IMG/VR virus record: IMGVR_UViG_3300019487_000006
Location: 1-64,000 of that record
Source of the DNA: a virus
Strand: one strand, 5' to 3'
Length of the DNA stretch: 64,000 nucleotides
A model generated the notes under the pieces. The model saw only the letters and a program-made list of their open reading frames with translations. It made no database searches and was not told the origin of the DNA. Below, piece by piece: positions 26,029-35,777 of the stretch. Every line of letters starts with the position of its first letter. Position 1 is the stretch's first letter. The position numbers and the translations under genes were made by a program.

Positions 26029-26450
26029 TTGCCGTTCGCCATCCTTCCAATAGTGGCGTCCTTTGCTTGACTACCAGCAGAACTTCCGAAATAGTACGAC
26101 GCCACCTGTTCAGCCTTCGCGGAGAGGTACCCGATGACTGCTCCTACCATACCCAGCATTTCAGGCTCTAGTTTAGTGCCAGGCCAGATGTAGGGATGGG
26201 CGACAACAAACACCGCCACGGCGATAAACGCCCCTATAATGAGAAAGGCGAGCCGCGCGGGGGTAGAGTCCTTAACCTCCATTTCGCGCTTGCGGGCACT
26301 GTCACGGTCCTGGATATCAAGCCGCTTTTCCTCCAACAAATTCTTTGCCAATTCCATCGCGGTTTTCTCGCGTTGGTTGGCGTCCGGTATCCATTTCTCT
26401 AAACCAGCCTTGATAAGATCACTAACGGCGGTAATTGGGTCTAGGGCCAT
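26025..26450 (-). CDS. holin, GTA_holin_3TM-like
   Basis: N-terminus AVSDLIKAGLEKWIPDANQREKTAMELAKNLLEE, then hydrophobic segments LAFLIIGAFIAVAVFVVA and MLGMVGAVIGYL. Confidence 0.5.
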   Translation of the reverse strand: MALDPITAVSDLIKAGLEKWIPDANQREKTAMELAKNLLEEKRLDIQDRDSARKREMEVKDSTPARLAFLIIGAFIAVAVFVVAHPYIWPGTKLEPEMLGMVGAVIGYLSAKAEQVASYYFGSSAGSQAKDATIGRMANGK

Positions 26451-26456
26451 CGTATA

Positions 26457-26693
26457 CTACTCCACGACCTTATTCACCCGTGAAGCGACGTCCTTCAACC
26501 ACGAGAGGACCTGCTCATGCCGTTCGTCGTCCTGTTTCTCGTGTCCAACTTGCCAGGTCTCCATTTTTGTCAATCGCCCGTTCGACTTCTTCACCTCAGG
26601 CAAGACATGATAGACCAAAATGTACAAAACGGTCAAGTTCACCAGGAGGTTGAGTTTCGGGAGTTCCCGTATGAGATCAAAAATAAAGTCCAT
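26457..26693 (-). CDS. small membrane protein
   Basis: 78 aa with one TM (LNLLVNLTVLYILVYHVL), directly upstream of the holin. Confidence 0.4.
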   Translation of the reverse strand: MDFIFDLIRELPKLNLLVNLTVLYILVYHVLPEVKKSNGRLTKMETWQVGHEKQDDERHEQVLSWLKDVASRVNKVVE

Positions 26694-26772
26694 GATGATA
26701 TTATCTCTTTAATTTATTGACATGGTAAGCTTCGCGCATGGTCATGGCGTTCCCCTCTCCCCGGTCATGGTG

Positions 26773-28752
26773 TTACCACTCAAAGGCCGTGACCCAATAG
26801 TCGTGGCTGTTACTAATCGACATCATGTAGCCAGCTTGATATTCAACAAATAGAGGATGGAGATGAACAACCGGACTGTTTGATGTTGCACCAAAACTTT
26901 GACCAGACGCCGCACCGATCAACTGAATCAATGCTGCATTATCCACATCGGTTGCTATAATATGTCCCACTTGCAAATTTCCACCGCCAGCCGCATTTCC
27001 ACCACTAAATTCGACGATACAGCCTTGCGGCGGCAAAAATGCACTAAAGTCGTATAAGGCTTCCGCGCCAACCCCGGACGCCACCTTCCACGCTGACCCC
27101 GACACGGTCACTTTCCTGTTTTCTGCGCTAAACCATTTAATGTTTCCACTCCCGTCAATATAGAACCACCCAATCTGCACGGACTGGTCGTAGCCAGAGG
27201 GAGCGGAGAGGGCGGTGTCGTTTTGCGTCGTGTATGCCACGAAGTAGAAGTCGCCCACACCCGTTGCAGCCGACCACGCGCTCCCGTTGTATTGTTTTCC
27301 AGAGCCGTTGGCGTAACCACCAGCCGCGACCCCCCGCCAGGAAATGAACACGGTGTCGCTCTTGGCGTAGTCCCCCTCCATCACCAGATGGTACTGTGTA
27401 CTAGCCGAAGCGGTAAACGGGGTGCGGAATGGGATACGAATAATCGTATTCACCGTAGGAATGCGCGAGGCGTCATATTTATCAGTGGTCGCCAGCGGCG
27501 TCCCAGAGGGATTGCCAGCCGAATCCGCTTGGATCGAGAACCAGATGTTTCCTGACACTGCTCCCGCCCGAACCAGTTCCACATCGATGAACTCGTGCTT
27601 TCCGCCTGTGGCGAATTGGATACCCTGTGCCAGACGGTCGGTTGCGGTGCTGGTCAGCAACCGCAGGGCGCGCGAAGCGTCCCGTGCAGTCGTGAAAGAT
27701 GTATCCGAGAGATAATTCTTCGCCCGCAGCCCCCACAGCCCTTCACTCCCATCACTCCGTTTCCGCAGGTAGTAGAGTTTGTTCCATGTCGAGTTGACCG
27801 CCGCCGCTTGCATCCCACCGATAGAACCAGTCGTTGCTTTATCAAAGATCAGCCCTTGCGCTGGAGCATAATAGTGCCCATCATTGGTTGTAACCATTTC
27901 GAGGTCGGCGCGAATCTTGGTATTGACAACGTCGCTGTCCGGGTGTGAACGCACCACGCCACGGAAGTTAGGCAGGCCGACGTTGACGTACCTAATCTTG
28001 TCCGTTTGGTTGGAATCAGCGGCCAGCACCGTTCCATCTGTTCCGGGGGCGAGCCACTTTAACCCATCACTTTGACTGGTCTGCGGGATCAGGAGTGAAC
28101 CGTCTGATCCAACTCCTTTACGAACCGGCGTCGCACTGCCGGTGGCGGTGATAAGGTCGCCCTTCGATGTCACGATAACTGAAAGGATCGCGTTCGCGAC
28201 GGCAGTGGTGGTAATCACAAACCGCGTACCGTCGTAGGTAATATGCAGCATCGCCCCAGACGGAATGTCACCGGCGATTAGCGCACTAGTCCCGTTTTTC
28301 GTGATCGCCTTAGCCCCCAACCCACTGATATTGACTGTGACATTCGTGGTATTGGCCCCCGACGCAATAAACTTGAACGTCTGGCCTGCGACATAGGCGG
28401 AGAGAGCCGGGCTGGGTGTCAACGTGATGACATCTGGGGTTCCTCCTACGGTCGCGACGTACTCAGAATCTTTCAGTAGTGACTTAACGTTGGTGCCATC
28501 ATACCAATTGATGTCCGCACCGTTCCGTTGTAGGTATCCAGTAACGGCGGGATAGGCGGCGGCATTCTGGAATCGAATATTCTTGAGTCCGGTTGCGTTA
28601 ATTTCAGCTATTGCATTGCTGATTGCCGTCTGGTCCGCAACGCCGAACACATCGACAATCGCCAACGCCAAATCACGTATCCTATCATCGAGAACTGACG
28701 GCGCGTTCGACCCGATTGGGACTGTACTATTAAACTGGTTCGGGAGGGCCAT
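26773..28752 (-). CDS. tail fibre protein
   Basis: 659 aa, Gly/Thr/Ser/Ala-rich beta-type repeats. N-terminus MALPNQFNSTVPIGSNAPSVLDDRIRDLA is typical of fibre N-termini. Confidence 0.55.
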   Translation of the reverse strand: MALPNQFNSTVPIGSNAPSVLDDRIRDLALAIVDVFGVADQTAISNAIAEINATGLKNIRFQNAAAYPAVTGYLQRNGADINWYDGTNVKSLLKDSEYVATVGGTPDVITLTPSPALSAYVAGQTFKFIASGANTTNVTVNISGLGAKAITKNGTSALIAGDIPSGAMLHITYDGTRFVITTTAVANAILSVIVTSKGDLITATGSATPVRKGVGSDGSLLIPQTSQSDGLKWLAPGTDGTVLAADSNQTDKIRYVNVGLPNFRGVVRSHPDSDVVNTKIRADLEMVTTNDGHYYAPAQGLIFDKATTGSIGGMQAAAVNSTWNKLYYLRKRSDGSEGLWGLRAKNYLSDTSFTTARDASRALRLLTSTATDRLAQGIQFATGGKHEFIDVELVRAGAVSGNIWFSIQADSAGNPSGTPLATTDKYDASRIPTVNTIIRIPFRTPFTASASTQYHLVMEGDYAKSDTVFISWRGVAAGGYANGSGKQYNGSAWSAATGVGDFYFVAYTTQNDTALSAPSGYDQSVQIGWFYIDGSGNIKWFSAENRKVTVSGSAWKVASGVGAEALYDFSAFLPPQGCIVEFSGGNAAGGGNLQVGHIIATDVDNAALIQLIGAASGQSFGATSNSPVVHLHPLFVEYQAGYMMSISNSHDYWVTAFEW

Positions 28753-28760
28753 ACGTACTC

Positions 28761-29738
28761 CTACCCAATGTGGTCAAAAATGTCCAAATCGTGGCTTGCT
28801 TCCCAGTCTGTTCCACGTCCAAACGTCTTCCTGGACTTTTGAATCGTTCGAGGTGGAGAGTTCTTGGAAATCTCCCACGGTACGATATCATTGAGGGATT
28901 CCGTGTACTTTTTCTCGTAGAAGAGCCCCATCTTCTCGTAGCCTGGATCACCAGTTTTGGCAAAGAGCATGTTGAAGCAATCGGCGGCGACCCCATAGGT
29001 GAGTGGGGACTGGTGAACCGCGATCACGGTATCTGCATCTGCTGACGGAGCCATGACAAAGTATTGACCACTCAACGTCTTGGCAATGGACGGGAACGGC
29101 CAGACCTCGATTAAACGGACACAATCACTGTTTGCCCCCGCGTATATCCAATGAGTGGGGTCCGATGATCGTGACAAGCGATCTGGGTCATAGGCGTCCA
29201 AGGCGGCACGTCCACCGTCGAACTCCCGCAAGGGGTAATTCGAGGCCAATGAAATGATGACATCCGCGTCACTGGGAAGGGCATAGACACTCTGGAAAAT
29301 AGTCCATCCAGCGGCGGTGTCCGTCGCACGTGCCCACGTTGCCGCATTTCCATTTCCGTCCTCCAACGTACCACTGGAGGTACTGACATAATTGAAGTAG
29401 AAGTATTGCTGTTCGGCCCCAATGCGAATCTGCCGTCCATCCATGGCGGATGTGAACGGCGTTCCGGCAGAGGTGATCGTACTGAGTCCTTGTGTGACGG
29501 TCACCGTTTGACTGGCCGTATTAGATACCGGAGCCACAAGGTTAAGCTTGAAATTCTTCCGTCGCTTGGACCAGGCGTTGGCGTCGTGCATGAGTGCGTA
29601 ACGGGCCACTGCGATAGTTTCAACTTCCGCGATGGACAATTGCGCGTCACTACCGAGCAGCGTCGCCACCCTAGAGGAGACATCTCCTAGAGTGATGCAC
29701 AGGTTCGCAGGAGTGGTGGGACTACCAATAACGGGCAT
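28761..29738 (-). CDS. virion structural protein (neck/adaptor or fibre-associated, putative)
   Basis: 325-aa ORF between two fibre genes. Confidence 0.35.
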   Translation of the reverse strand: MPVIGSPTTPANLCITLGDVSSRVATLLGSDAQLSIAEVETIAVARYALMHDANAWSKRRKNFKLNLVAPVSNTASQTVTVTQGLSTITSAGTPFTSAMDGRQIRIGAEQQYFYFNYVSTSSGTLEDGNGNAATWARATDTAAGWTIFQSVYALPSDADVIISLASNYPLREFDGGRAALDAYDPDRLSRSSDPTHWIYAGANSDCVRLIEVWPFPSIAKTLSGQYFVMAPSADADTVIAVHQSPLTYGVAADCFNMLFAKTGDPGYEKMGLFYEKKYTESLNDIVPWEISKNSPPRTIQKSRKTFGRGTDWEASHDLDIFDHIG

Positions 29739-29739
29739 G

Positions 29740-30054
29740 TTACAAGACTCTCCGTATCATGACTCGTACCAATCGCTTAAGGACCACGATGGCTTGAGCC
29801 GGTGTCGTGACGTTCGCATCCCACCATGTATTGAATTCATCGTTGGTCATGGCTTTGAGTTGCTGAATAACCGTATCCGCGTCAATCGCGACATCTAAGG
29901 CTTGAGCACGCAATTGTGCGACGGTCGGAGGATGGTTGAAATAGGCCACGACGTCTGGATGATCGCTCGCGAGGAACTCTTGGGCATATCCAAGCTGTTC
30001 CTTCGCAAATATTCCAGAGACCGTGCCAGTGAGAGTCCGTTGTACGAATGGCAT
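29740..30054 (-). CDS. hypothetical protein (fibre-associated position)
   Basis: 104-aa ORF, coupled to its neighbours. Confidence 0.4.
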   Translation of the reverse strand: MPFVQRTLTGTVSGIFAKEQLGYAQEFLASDHPDVVAYFNHPPTVAQLRAQALDVAIDADTVIQQLKAMTNDEFNTWWDANVTTPAQAIVVLKRLVRVMIRRVL

Positions 30055-31529
30055 TAGTTGTTCCCTCCTCTAGTATCGACCCAACCAAGCGTCGCAATAT
30101 AGATCGTGTTGCTGGCGGCGGACGCATGAAGTCGGTAACGAATCTGCGCGGATGTATTGGTTCGAATGAGGAATAATCCACCTTGATTCACCGCGCTAAC
30201 CTGCCCGTTTGCGGAGAGTTGATGCAAGGGAGCAACGGTCAATGATCCAGCTTCATCGTTCGCGTCCAAATCGCTGAAATGGGCACTAGCGGTCGCTCCC
30301 GCCGCAGTCGTGAGCAACGAGGCGTTAAACATCGCCATGACTTTAATTCCTACGGGAACCGACAAGGCCACCGTCACCGCCGACGTTCCGGGGTTGTTGG
30401 TACTTACGTCAAGCACAGACGCCTTCCGTCGAAAGTAGTCACCGTCCTGTACAAACGCAACAATCGCGGCACTTTCACGAAGAATCGCACCGATCCGACG
30501 TTTGAAATCGTAATTCGTGGGCATGGTCGGGGCACTGGCACTGGCCGACGCTAGAATGTCCACGACTCCTGTATCAGACCGCATAATCAAGTAAATGTGC
30601 CACGTTCCGTTGGCAATGGACCCGGTATCTCGCATCCCTTGATTTGTGCCGACAGTCCAGCCCGCGTCCAACTGCTTCGTTAAACTGCCGGTGAGCAACA
30701 TTTTTCGCTTGGAGGTTGCGGCTGCGTCATCACTGACCGCCTGACCAATCGCAATATCGATATCATTGGTTGCGTCAGCGCCGTTATTTGACAGCGTAAG
30801 GCCAAACAACATACCACCATCTGCGACATTCCCGATAAGGTTTCCTTGAGCAGACAATGCTCCACTGACTGTCGCTGTACCAGTTAGTGTAGGAGATGAT
30901 AAGGTCTTATTCGTGAGCGTATCAGTCGTCGCTCGTCCAACGATGGTGTCGGTTGTCGTCGGTAAGGAAAGGGTGGCTGCCCCTGCGTTCGTTTTAACCG
31001 CGTTAATATCGATACGGACATCACCGGTGACCGTTAAGTTCGTGTCGACCGTAACCGAGTCAGGTGTTCTCATTACGTCCGCCGCGCTGCGATACCACAA
31101 CGCATCACCACCAATCAACAGACCGGCGTTGGCCCCGGTCGTGCCGAGTTTCAGCCGGTCGTTGGTGTTGTCGTAGAAAAACCCGGCGTTGTCCTCGGTT
31201 AGCCCACCGGTTGTCCCGGCAAACATGACTGACCCAGACGTAGCGGTCCCGGTTGGGAGTGTATTCGCTGGGTCGTAGAGCCGGATGTTGGAGGTATCGG
31301 TACTATCGAACGTGTACCCGGACTTGGTCATCACCAAGCTGTACAGTCCATTGGATGCGTAAAATTTGAAAGACCCGTCGGATTCGGTGGTCAACGGGTT
31401 GGTAAGTGGAGTAACCCCGTCATCGGAATACACGGTCGCGGCCCCGCCAGCCGCCAAGTTGACCTGGACGGAGACGCCAGCAATCGCGTTGCCGTGCGTG
31501 TCCTGGACTACATTACTGTACTTTTGCAC
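30054..31529 (-). CDS. tail fibre/spike protein
   Basis: GTG start. N-terminus GNAIAGVSVQVN...SDGSFKFYASNGLYSLVMTKSGY (carboxypeptidase-regulatory-like fold), then Thr/Gly/Ala-rich repeats. Confidence 0.5.
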   Translation of the reverse strand: MQKYSNVVQDTHGNAIAGVSVQVNLAAGGAATVYSDDGVTPLTNPLTTESDGSFKFYASNGLYSLVMTKSGYTFDSTDTSNIRLYDPANTLPTGTATSGSVMFAGTTGGLTEDNAGFFYDNTNDRLKLGTTGANAGLLIGGDALWYRSAADVMRTPDSVTVDTNLTVTGDVRIDINAVKTNAGAATLSLPTTTDTIVGRATTDTLTNKTLSSPTLTGTATVSGALSAQGNLIGNVADGGMLFGLTLSNNGADATNDIDIAIGQAVSDDAAATSKRKMLLTGSLTKQLDAGWTVGTNQGMRDTGSIANGTWHIYLIMRSDTGVVDILASASASAPTMPTNYDFKRRIGAILRESAAIVAFVQDGDYFRRKASVLDVSTNNPGTSAVTVALSVPVGIKVMAMFNASLLTTAAGATASAHFSDLDANDEAGSLTVAPLHQLSANGQVSAVNQGGLFLIRTNTSAQIRYRLHASAASNTIYIATLGWVDTRGGNN

Positions 31530-31565
31530 GGGTCGAGACGCACTTTCTCCCCTCCGCTAAACCCT

Positions 31566-31594
31566 AGTATACGTAACTCTACGTATTCTTGCAA
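31566..31594 (-). promoter_or_regulatory. sigma70-like promoter B (TTGCAA-N17-TATACT) with TACGTAG in the spacer
   Basis: - strand reads ccTTGCAAgaatacgtagagttacgTATACTagggtttagcGGAGGGGAG...GTG(31529). Confidence 0.45.
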
Positions 31595-31605
31595 GGTCTT
31601 TATAC

Positions 31606-31767
31606 CTACCACCACAGGAGAAATGGGAGGAGTGATCGACGTCCTTCGCGACGGTACTTTGGCCACCGGTTATACTCCGTGGGTACGACCGCCCTCTCAT
31701 ACCAGTATTCGACGCCGTAGTAACGCCCCCAGTACCCATTCCCCCAATATCCCGGTTGTATTGCCAT
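31606..31767 (-). CDS. 53-aa aromatic/Gly-rich micro-protein (putative)
   Basis: Hand translation MAIQPGYWGNGYWGRYYGVEYWYERAVVPTEYNRWPKYRREGRRSLLPFLLWW. GAGGA lies 4 nt upstream. Confidence 0.3.
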   Translation of the reverse strand: MAIQPGYWGNGYWGRYYGVEYWYERAVVPTEYNRWPKYRREGRRSLLPFLLWW

Positions 31768-31773
31768 ATATCC

Positions 31774-32487
31774 TCATGGGGAGAGCGTGACACTCGTTCG
31801 GTTGCCATCCGTATCATTGGTCACCGTGGCGCGAGTCGTCGTGCCGTCCGGTGCCGTGAACACACCAGGGCCTGCGGGATACCCTGACGTCTTCCCCGAC
31901 AAGATGGACAGTATGATGCGGAAGGCCTGCTTGGGCGTCCATCCAGTCTCGACCCCGTCCGTTCTGGCCAGCAACGCATCGGCGGTGGCGTCCCGCTCGG
32001 CTGACGTGAGCCCGACCGCAAAGCCGAAGGCGGTCAAGGTCCGGCTGGCCGTCGCCCACACCTTATCGGCTGCGGCCTGCGTGAGGTCGATCAACCCCCC
32101 AGCCGTGATGGACAGCGCTGAGAAGTTCGCAGGCAAGGTGAAGGTCGCCATACGCGAGGAGATGGCGGCGTCCAGTGCGGTATTCATGTCCACAGCCAGC
32201 ACTTCAAATTCGCCGATCCCATCACGCCCAGAAATCCCCCCGACGGTCGCCACCACGTAGACTGAATAGCGCTTGCCCGCCTCAAAGCCATTACCGGCGG
32301 TCGCGTCGATCTGCACTTTATACAGTCCGGTGGCGACATTCGTGACCGTGGGGGCATAGCCCATGTCTGTCCCATCCTCAGCCACCGTCACCGTGGGTGT
32401 GCTATCGGCGTTGGTGGCCGCTCCCGTGGACACGCTGGACGTCCCGAAGTGCAGCCAGAACGAATCTGAAAGAAAAACTGGCGTCAT
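31774..32487 (-). CDS. virion structural protein (putative)
   Basis: 237-aa Thr/Ala/Gly-rich ORF. Confidence 0.4.
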   Translation of the reverse strand: MTPVFLSDSFWLHFGTSSVSTGAATNADSTPTVTVAEDGTDMGYAPTVTNVATGLYKVQIDATAGNGFEAGKRYSVYVVATVGGISGRDGIGEFEVLAVDMNTALDAAISSRMATFTLPANFSALSITAGGLIDLTQAAADKVWATASRTLTAFGFAVGLTSAERDATADALLARTDGVETGWTPKQAFRIILSILSGKTSGYPAGPGVFTAPDGTTTRATVTNDTDGNRTSVTLSP

Positions 32488-33224
32488 AGACTGACCCTGC
32501 GCACCACCGGCGATCCCACAGGACGAAAGACCGCGCTTCCCGCAGCATCGGGCGTCGTCGGATCGCGCAGATAGATGTTGACGGTCCCAGGCACAACCGT
32601 ATTCTTCGTGATCCCAGCGAGGTCAGGTGAGCCTGTCAGATAGCCGGTCAACTGATAGGCCACATTCATCGGCACGGTGATCGTGAAATTCCCGCTGCCG
32701 TCCGAGATCGCTTCCGCCACGACTGGCGATGGGCTTTCCCATTCCGCCTCATTCGGATTGCCCGCCGACCAAAATTTACGCGGTGGAGTGGCCGTCACCG
32801 CCATGCGTCCGGTTTCGTACACCACGACGCGGCAATTGCCCAATGCCGCCCCCGCCCCAGTCACAGTCTGGCCACTGATCGTGAAGATGTTGGACGCCCA
32901 GAGGAGCCCACTTTGTATGATCGCTTGGCCATACTCCAAACTGAGCCACACCCCGCAGGGGGTGGCGATCCCACCGTTGGCACGAATATGACGCTCGCCC
33001 GATTTGTTCCGCCGGAGTTGAGCGCGGTTGATCTCGACGAATGAATTCATGGGTGGCAAGGCATCTTCTTCCTGCAACACCGAGTCGAATCCTGTGATCG
33101 TCTTGCCGCCCAGCACATCGGAAATGTCGCCCTGATTCGCTGGATCGAAGGTTGACTGCCGCATCTGCTCGCCTTGCAGCACAAGGTCGGTTGGGTCGGA
33201 TGGGCTTGACAGGATGACCGGCAT
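32484..33224 (-). CDS. virion structural protein with Ig/carboxypeptidase-regulatory-like segment
   Basis: 246 aa. ISDGSGNFTITVPMNVAYQLTGY. Confidence 0.4.
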   Translation of the reverse strand: MPVILSSPSDPTDLVLQGEQMRQSTFDPANQGDISDVLGGKTITGFDSVLQEEDALPPMNSFVEINRAQLRRNKSGERHIRANGGIATPCGVWLSLEYGQAIIQSGLLWASNIFTISGQTVTGAGAALGNCRVVVYETGRMAVTATPPRKFWSAGNPNEAEWESPSPVVAEAISDGSGNFTITVPMNVAYQLTGYLTGSPDLAGITKNTVVPGTVNIYLRDPTTPDAAGSAVFRPVGSPVVRRVSL

Positions 33225-33494
33225 TTAGATCACTCCACGATGCCACATGGGTGCGAAGATTCTGGTTTTTGAAATGTTCCAGCCACTATATTGACTATCC
33301 ACCCAGTCTTTAATCCCGTTGATGACTTCGGAATTGAAGGCCACCTCCAATAAACCCGTGTTAAGCTGGATCAGCACGCTGCCATTGGCGTAGTTCGTGC
33401 CGTCGGTGGCTTGAATCGAGAGGACGACATTATACTTATCCTCATTCGAGGGTGTGTCCACGTTGACGATACTGCAAATCGCGTGTAATGTCAT
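33225..33494 (-). CDS. hypothetical protein (89 aa)
   Basis: ATG 33494 lies 6 nt after AGGAGG and overlaps the upstream stop (ATGA). It replaces the 165-aa track ORF 33225..33722. Confidence 0.45.
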   Translation of the reverse strand: MTLHAICSIVNVDTPSNEDKYNVVLSIQATDGTNYANGSVLIQLNTGLLEVAFNSEVINGIKDWVDSQYSGWNISKTRIFAPMWHRGVI

Positions 33495-33706
33495 GGCTGA
33501 CCTCCTGGATGCTTTATAGAAAGTCCTTCGGACCCGCTCCACTCCAAACACCAATTCTCCGGTCGCGTGGCCGGAAAGATGCCCGCAAAGGCTATTCCGT
33601 TCGGCGCTGGAATCACGACCGCACGGGGCGATTTCAGTCGGCATTCCTGTACGCCAAGCCCCTCGTAAAATGCCTTGCAGGTTGTACAGGTATTGGTCGT
33701 AGACAT
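33491..33706 (-). CDS. small Cys/Trp protein (CxxC...WCxEW)
   Basis: MSTTNTCTTCKAFYEG...ECRLKSP...WCLEW. Coupled to the downstream gene by ATGA. Confidence 0.45.
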   Translation of the reverse strand: MSTTNTCTTCKAFYEGLGVQECRLKSPRAVVIPAPNGIAFAGIFPATRPENWCLEWSGSEGLSIKHPGGQP

Positions 33707-33722
33707 GCCAGTCTACGTTCAA

Positions 33723-34274
33723 TTAGGGCGTCAGTTGCTCGATGAGGAACTGATGTAGCGTCAGCGAGCCGGTCGCCACCGTCTGCGTGAAGAAGAAATC
33801 CAGCGTCAGGGCTGATTGCGAATTGAAGCCCGCCCCGACCACCGGGGCTGTGTTGAACGCCAGTGTGTTGCCGCCAGGACCAGGGCCAGTCGTCGGCACG
33901 GCAGTATTGAGGCCTGCCTCAGACAGCCAGTACCATTGCTGCATGAGGGTCGCGGCGGTGCCGGACCCGACCGACCGACAGGTGAACAGCCCCTGCAACC
34001 AGAAATGCACGTTGGTCTTGGCGACAACGTTCAAATTGATCGCCAGCGTATCCGCCGCGACGATCCCGCCGAGCCGGAGATCAAAGCGAGCCGTACCAGG
34101 CGTGGTCACGACGCAGGAGATGCGCCCTGTGGCCGTCAACCGCCAGATGCGCCCGATCTGCCAGTACCCCGCAGGCAACGTCGTCGGCACGTAGGTCGGA
34201 ACGCACGAGGCGGCAGCCGCCGCCGTCAATGTGGGGCCGTCCGTATAACTCGATGCGATCACCTGTACGGCCAT
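33723..34274 (-). CDS. virion structural protein (beta-rich, putative)
   Basis: 183-aa ORF. RBS AAGGAG. Confidence 0.4.
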   Translation of the reverse strand: MAVQVIASSYTDGPTLTAAAAASCVPTYVPTTLPAGYWQIGRIWRLTATGRISCVVTTPGTARFDLRLGGIVAADTLAINLNVVAKTNVHFWLQGLFTCRSVGSGTAATLMQQWYWLSEAGLNTAVPTTGPGPGGNTLAFNTAPVVGAGFNSQSALTLDFFFTQTVATGSLTLHQFLIEQLTP

Positions 34275-34373
34275 GCGTGTCTCCTTTTACTCAGCCTGAT
34301 GACGACTACCTGGCCGCCAGCTTCTCAAAGTATCTTGTCACGCTCGGTGGTGGCGTCGTGCCGCTGTGCCGAT

Positions 34374-34913
34374 TTACTGAACCGACTTCACCAACCGGCT
34401 CAAGTCGTTCTTAAACTGATCGATGCGGGACTTGACGGTCGCTTCTTCCTCGAATAACGCATCGAGGGCTGCCTGTTTCTCAGCCTTCACTTGTTCTACG
34501 CTCTTGGCGTACGACCCTTGAAGGGCCACAAGCTCGGCCTCTGCTGCCGACCGCTGCGCTTTCAGGTCCTTGGTGATCTGGTCCACCTCGCTTTTGGCGT
34601 ACTTTCGGGCGGTGTCGACCTCATCGATGGCGTACTTGAGTTCCGCGTCGAGTTCAGCCTTTTGCTTATCAACGTAGGATTTATACGTTTCGTACTCCAC
34701 CTTGGCGTCGTTGTACGTAATCTGCATGTCTTGGACCGACCGAACCAGTTCATCGACCTGTCTCTGCAAACGGTTGATCTCATCCCCCATTTTCACCGCT
34801 GAGGCGCACGCCTCCTCTAAGTGCTGGAAAGCCCGCGCCACTCGGTTCGCTTCACGAGCATAGGTGTAAATTTCGTTCCATTTCATGGGTGTCTCGTCTG
34901 CCATGGTTATCAC
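34374..34913 (-). CDS. coiled-coil protein
   Basis: 179 aa with heptad-like, charged helical sequence throughout. Confidence 0.45.
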   Translation of the reverse strand: MITMADETPMKWNEIYTYAREANRVARAFQHLEEACASAVKMGDEINRLQRQVDELVRSVQDMQITYNDAKVEYETYKSYVDKQKAELDAELKYAIDEVDTARKYAKSEVDQITKDLKAQRSAAEAELVALQGSYAKSVEQVKAEKQAALDALFEEEATVKSRIDQFKNDLSRLVKSVQ

Positions 34914-34916
34914 TCC

Positions 34917-35252
34917 TTACGAGATACCGATACGAACGTGCTGGGTCGCTCCGGTGCTGCCGAGGGCGGTTGTAGTCGAGGCCGCAACCACGCCAAGCTC
35001 AAAGACGATCCCATACGTTGGGAGACCATCACCGTCCGACGGATCATTGGCAGCGGAGCGCACCACCCACGTTGGAACGGTCGTTCCCACGGTGACATCA
35101 GTGATAGCCGCCGCATCGAATATTTGTGTATACGCAGTCGCCGCCGTGGTGTTGATCGCACGAACCGCCGTCACCACACACCGGCCCTTCTTGGCGAGTG
35201 TGGCGGTACTACCCAGTGAATTCAAGTTCACACGGGTTGAGTAATATTGCAT
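34917..35252 (-). CDS. hypothetical beta-rich structural protein
   Basis: ATG 35252 lies 5 nt after GAGGAG (ORF track 34917..35258). Confidence 0.4.
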   Translation of the reverse strand: MQYYSTRVNLNSLGSTATLAKKGRCVVTAVRAINTTAATAYTQIFDAAAITDVTVGTTVPTWVVRSAANDPSDGDGLPTYGIVFELGVVAASTTTALGSTGATQHVRIGIS

Positions 35253-35274
35253 AATCACTCCTCACACGTAGACA

Positions 35275-35298
35275 GGAAGGGGCCGTAACGCCCCCTCC
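35275..35298 (-). terminator. strong GC hairpin after the 142-aa gene (terminator/attenuator-like)
   Basis: - strand GGAGGGGGC-guuacg-GCCCCUUCC, 9 bp with one G.U, followed by a pyrimidine-rich CUGUCU. Confidence 0.35.
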
Positions 35299-35318
35299 TG
35301 CCTTACGTTATTGACGAA

Positions 35319-35747
35319 CTACACCCCGAACGCCACTACGCGCACAGAGGTAATCGTTGATAGATCATCCGTGTTCGCGATTTCCTTCAACGGTCCCCAC
35401 CGTGACGTGACGGCACCAGCACTGGCTTCTCGCGCGATGCTGATACCTGACGAGACGCCCGGCCCAGCCGTCACTGCGTAGTCGTCCAAGGTGGCGGCCC
35501 CCGCAGCGGCGTGCGCGGCCCCTTGAGTGTATACCTTCACCTTTGAGTTCGTGTAGTCGTACTCGAACACAAACCCAATCTGCGGCTGGAAGGAGATGAA
35601 ATCGACCACGCGCAGTCCCATGTCTGCGGCGGTCAACGATTCTCCACCCGTCGCATATGAGTTATCGAACGCGATGGTCACAAAGGACACGCGCCGATTG
35701 CCCATGTTGGTTTGCCAATCACCTGTTTTGGTAACGGTTAATGCCAT
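35319..35747 (-). CDS. head-associated structural protein (decoration-like, putative)
   Basis: 142 aa. It is near the capsid gene and followed by a hairpin. Confidence 0.35.
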   Translation of the reverse strand: MALTVTKTGDWQTNMGNRRVSFVTIAFDNSYATGGESLTAADMGLRVVDFISFQPQIGFVFEYDYTNSKVKVYTQGAAHAAAGAATLDDYAVTAGPGVSSGISIAREASAGAVTSRWGPLKEIANTDDLSTITSVRVVAFGV

Positions 35748-35777
35748 GTCGTAACCTCCTTTCTATCGTAGTGAAGG

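Noticed and set aside
26773-33224. Diversity-generating retroelement targeting the fibre or Ig-like genes
   Set aside because: There is no reverse transcriptase ORF, and I could not see a template/variable repeat pair.
33225-33722. Single 165-aa ORF from the track
   Set aside because: The N-terminal half is not protein-like. An internal ATG (33494) has a perfect AGGAGG RBS. An overlapping frame (33491..33706) encodes a convincing CxxC...WCxEW protein coupled by ATGA. The ORF was split into two genes.
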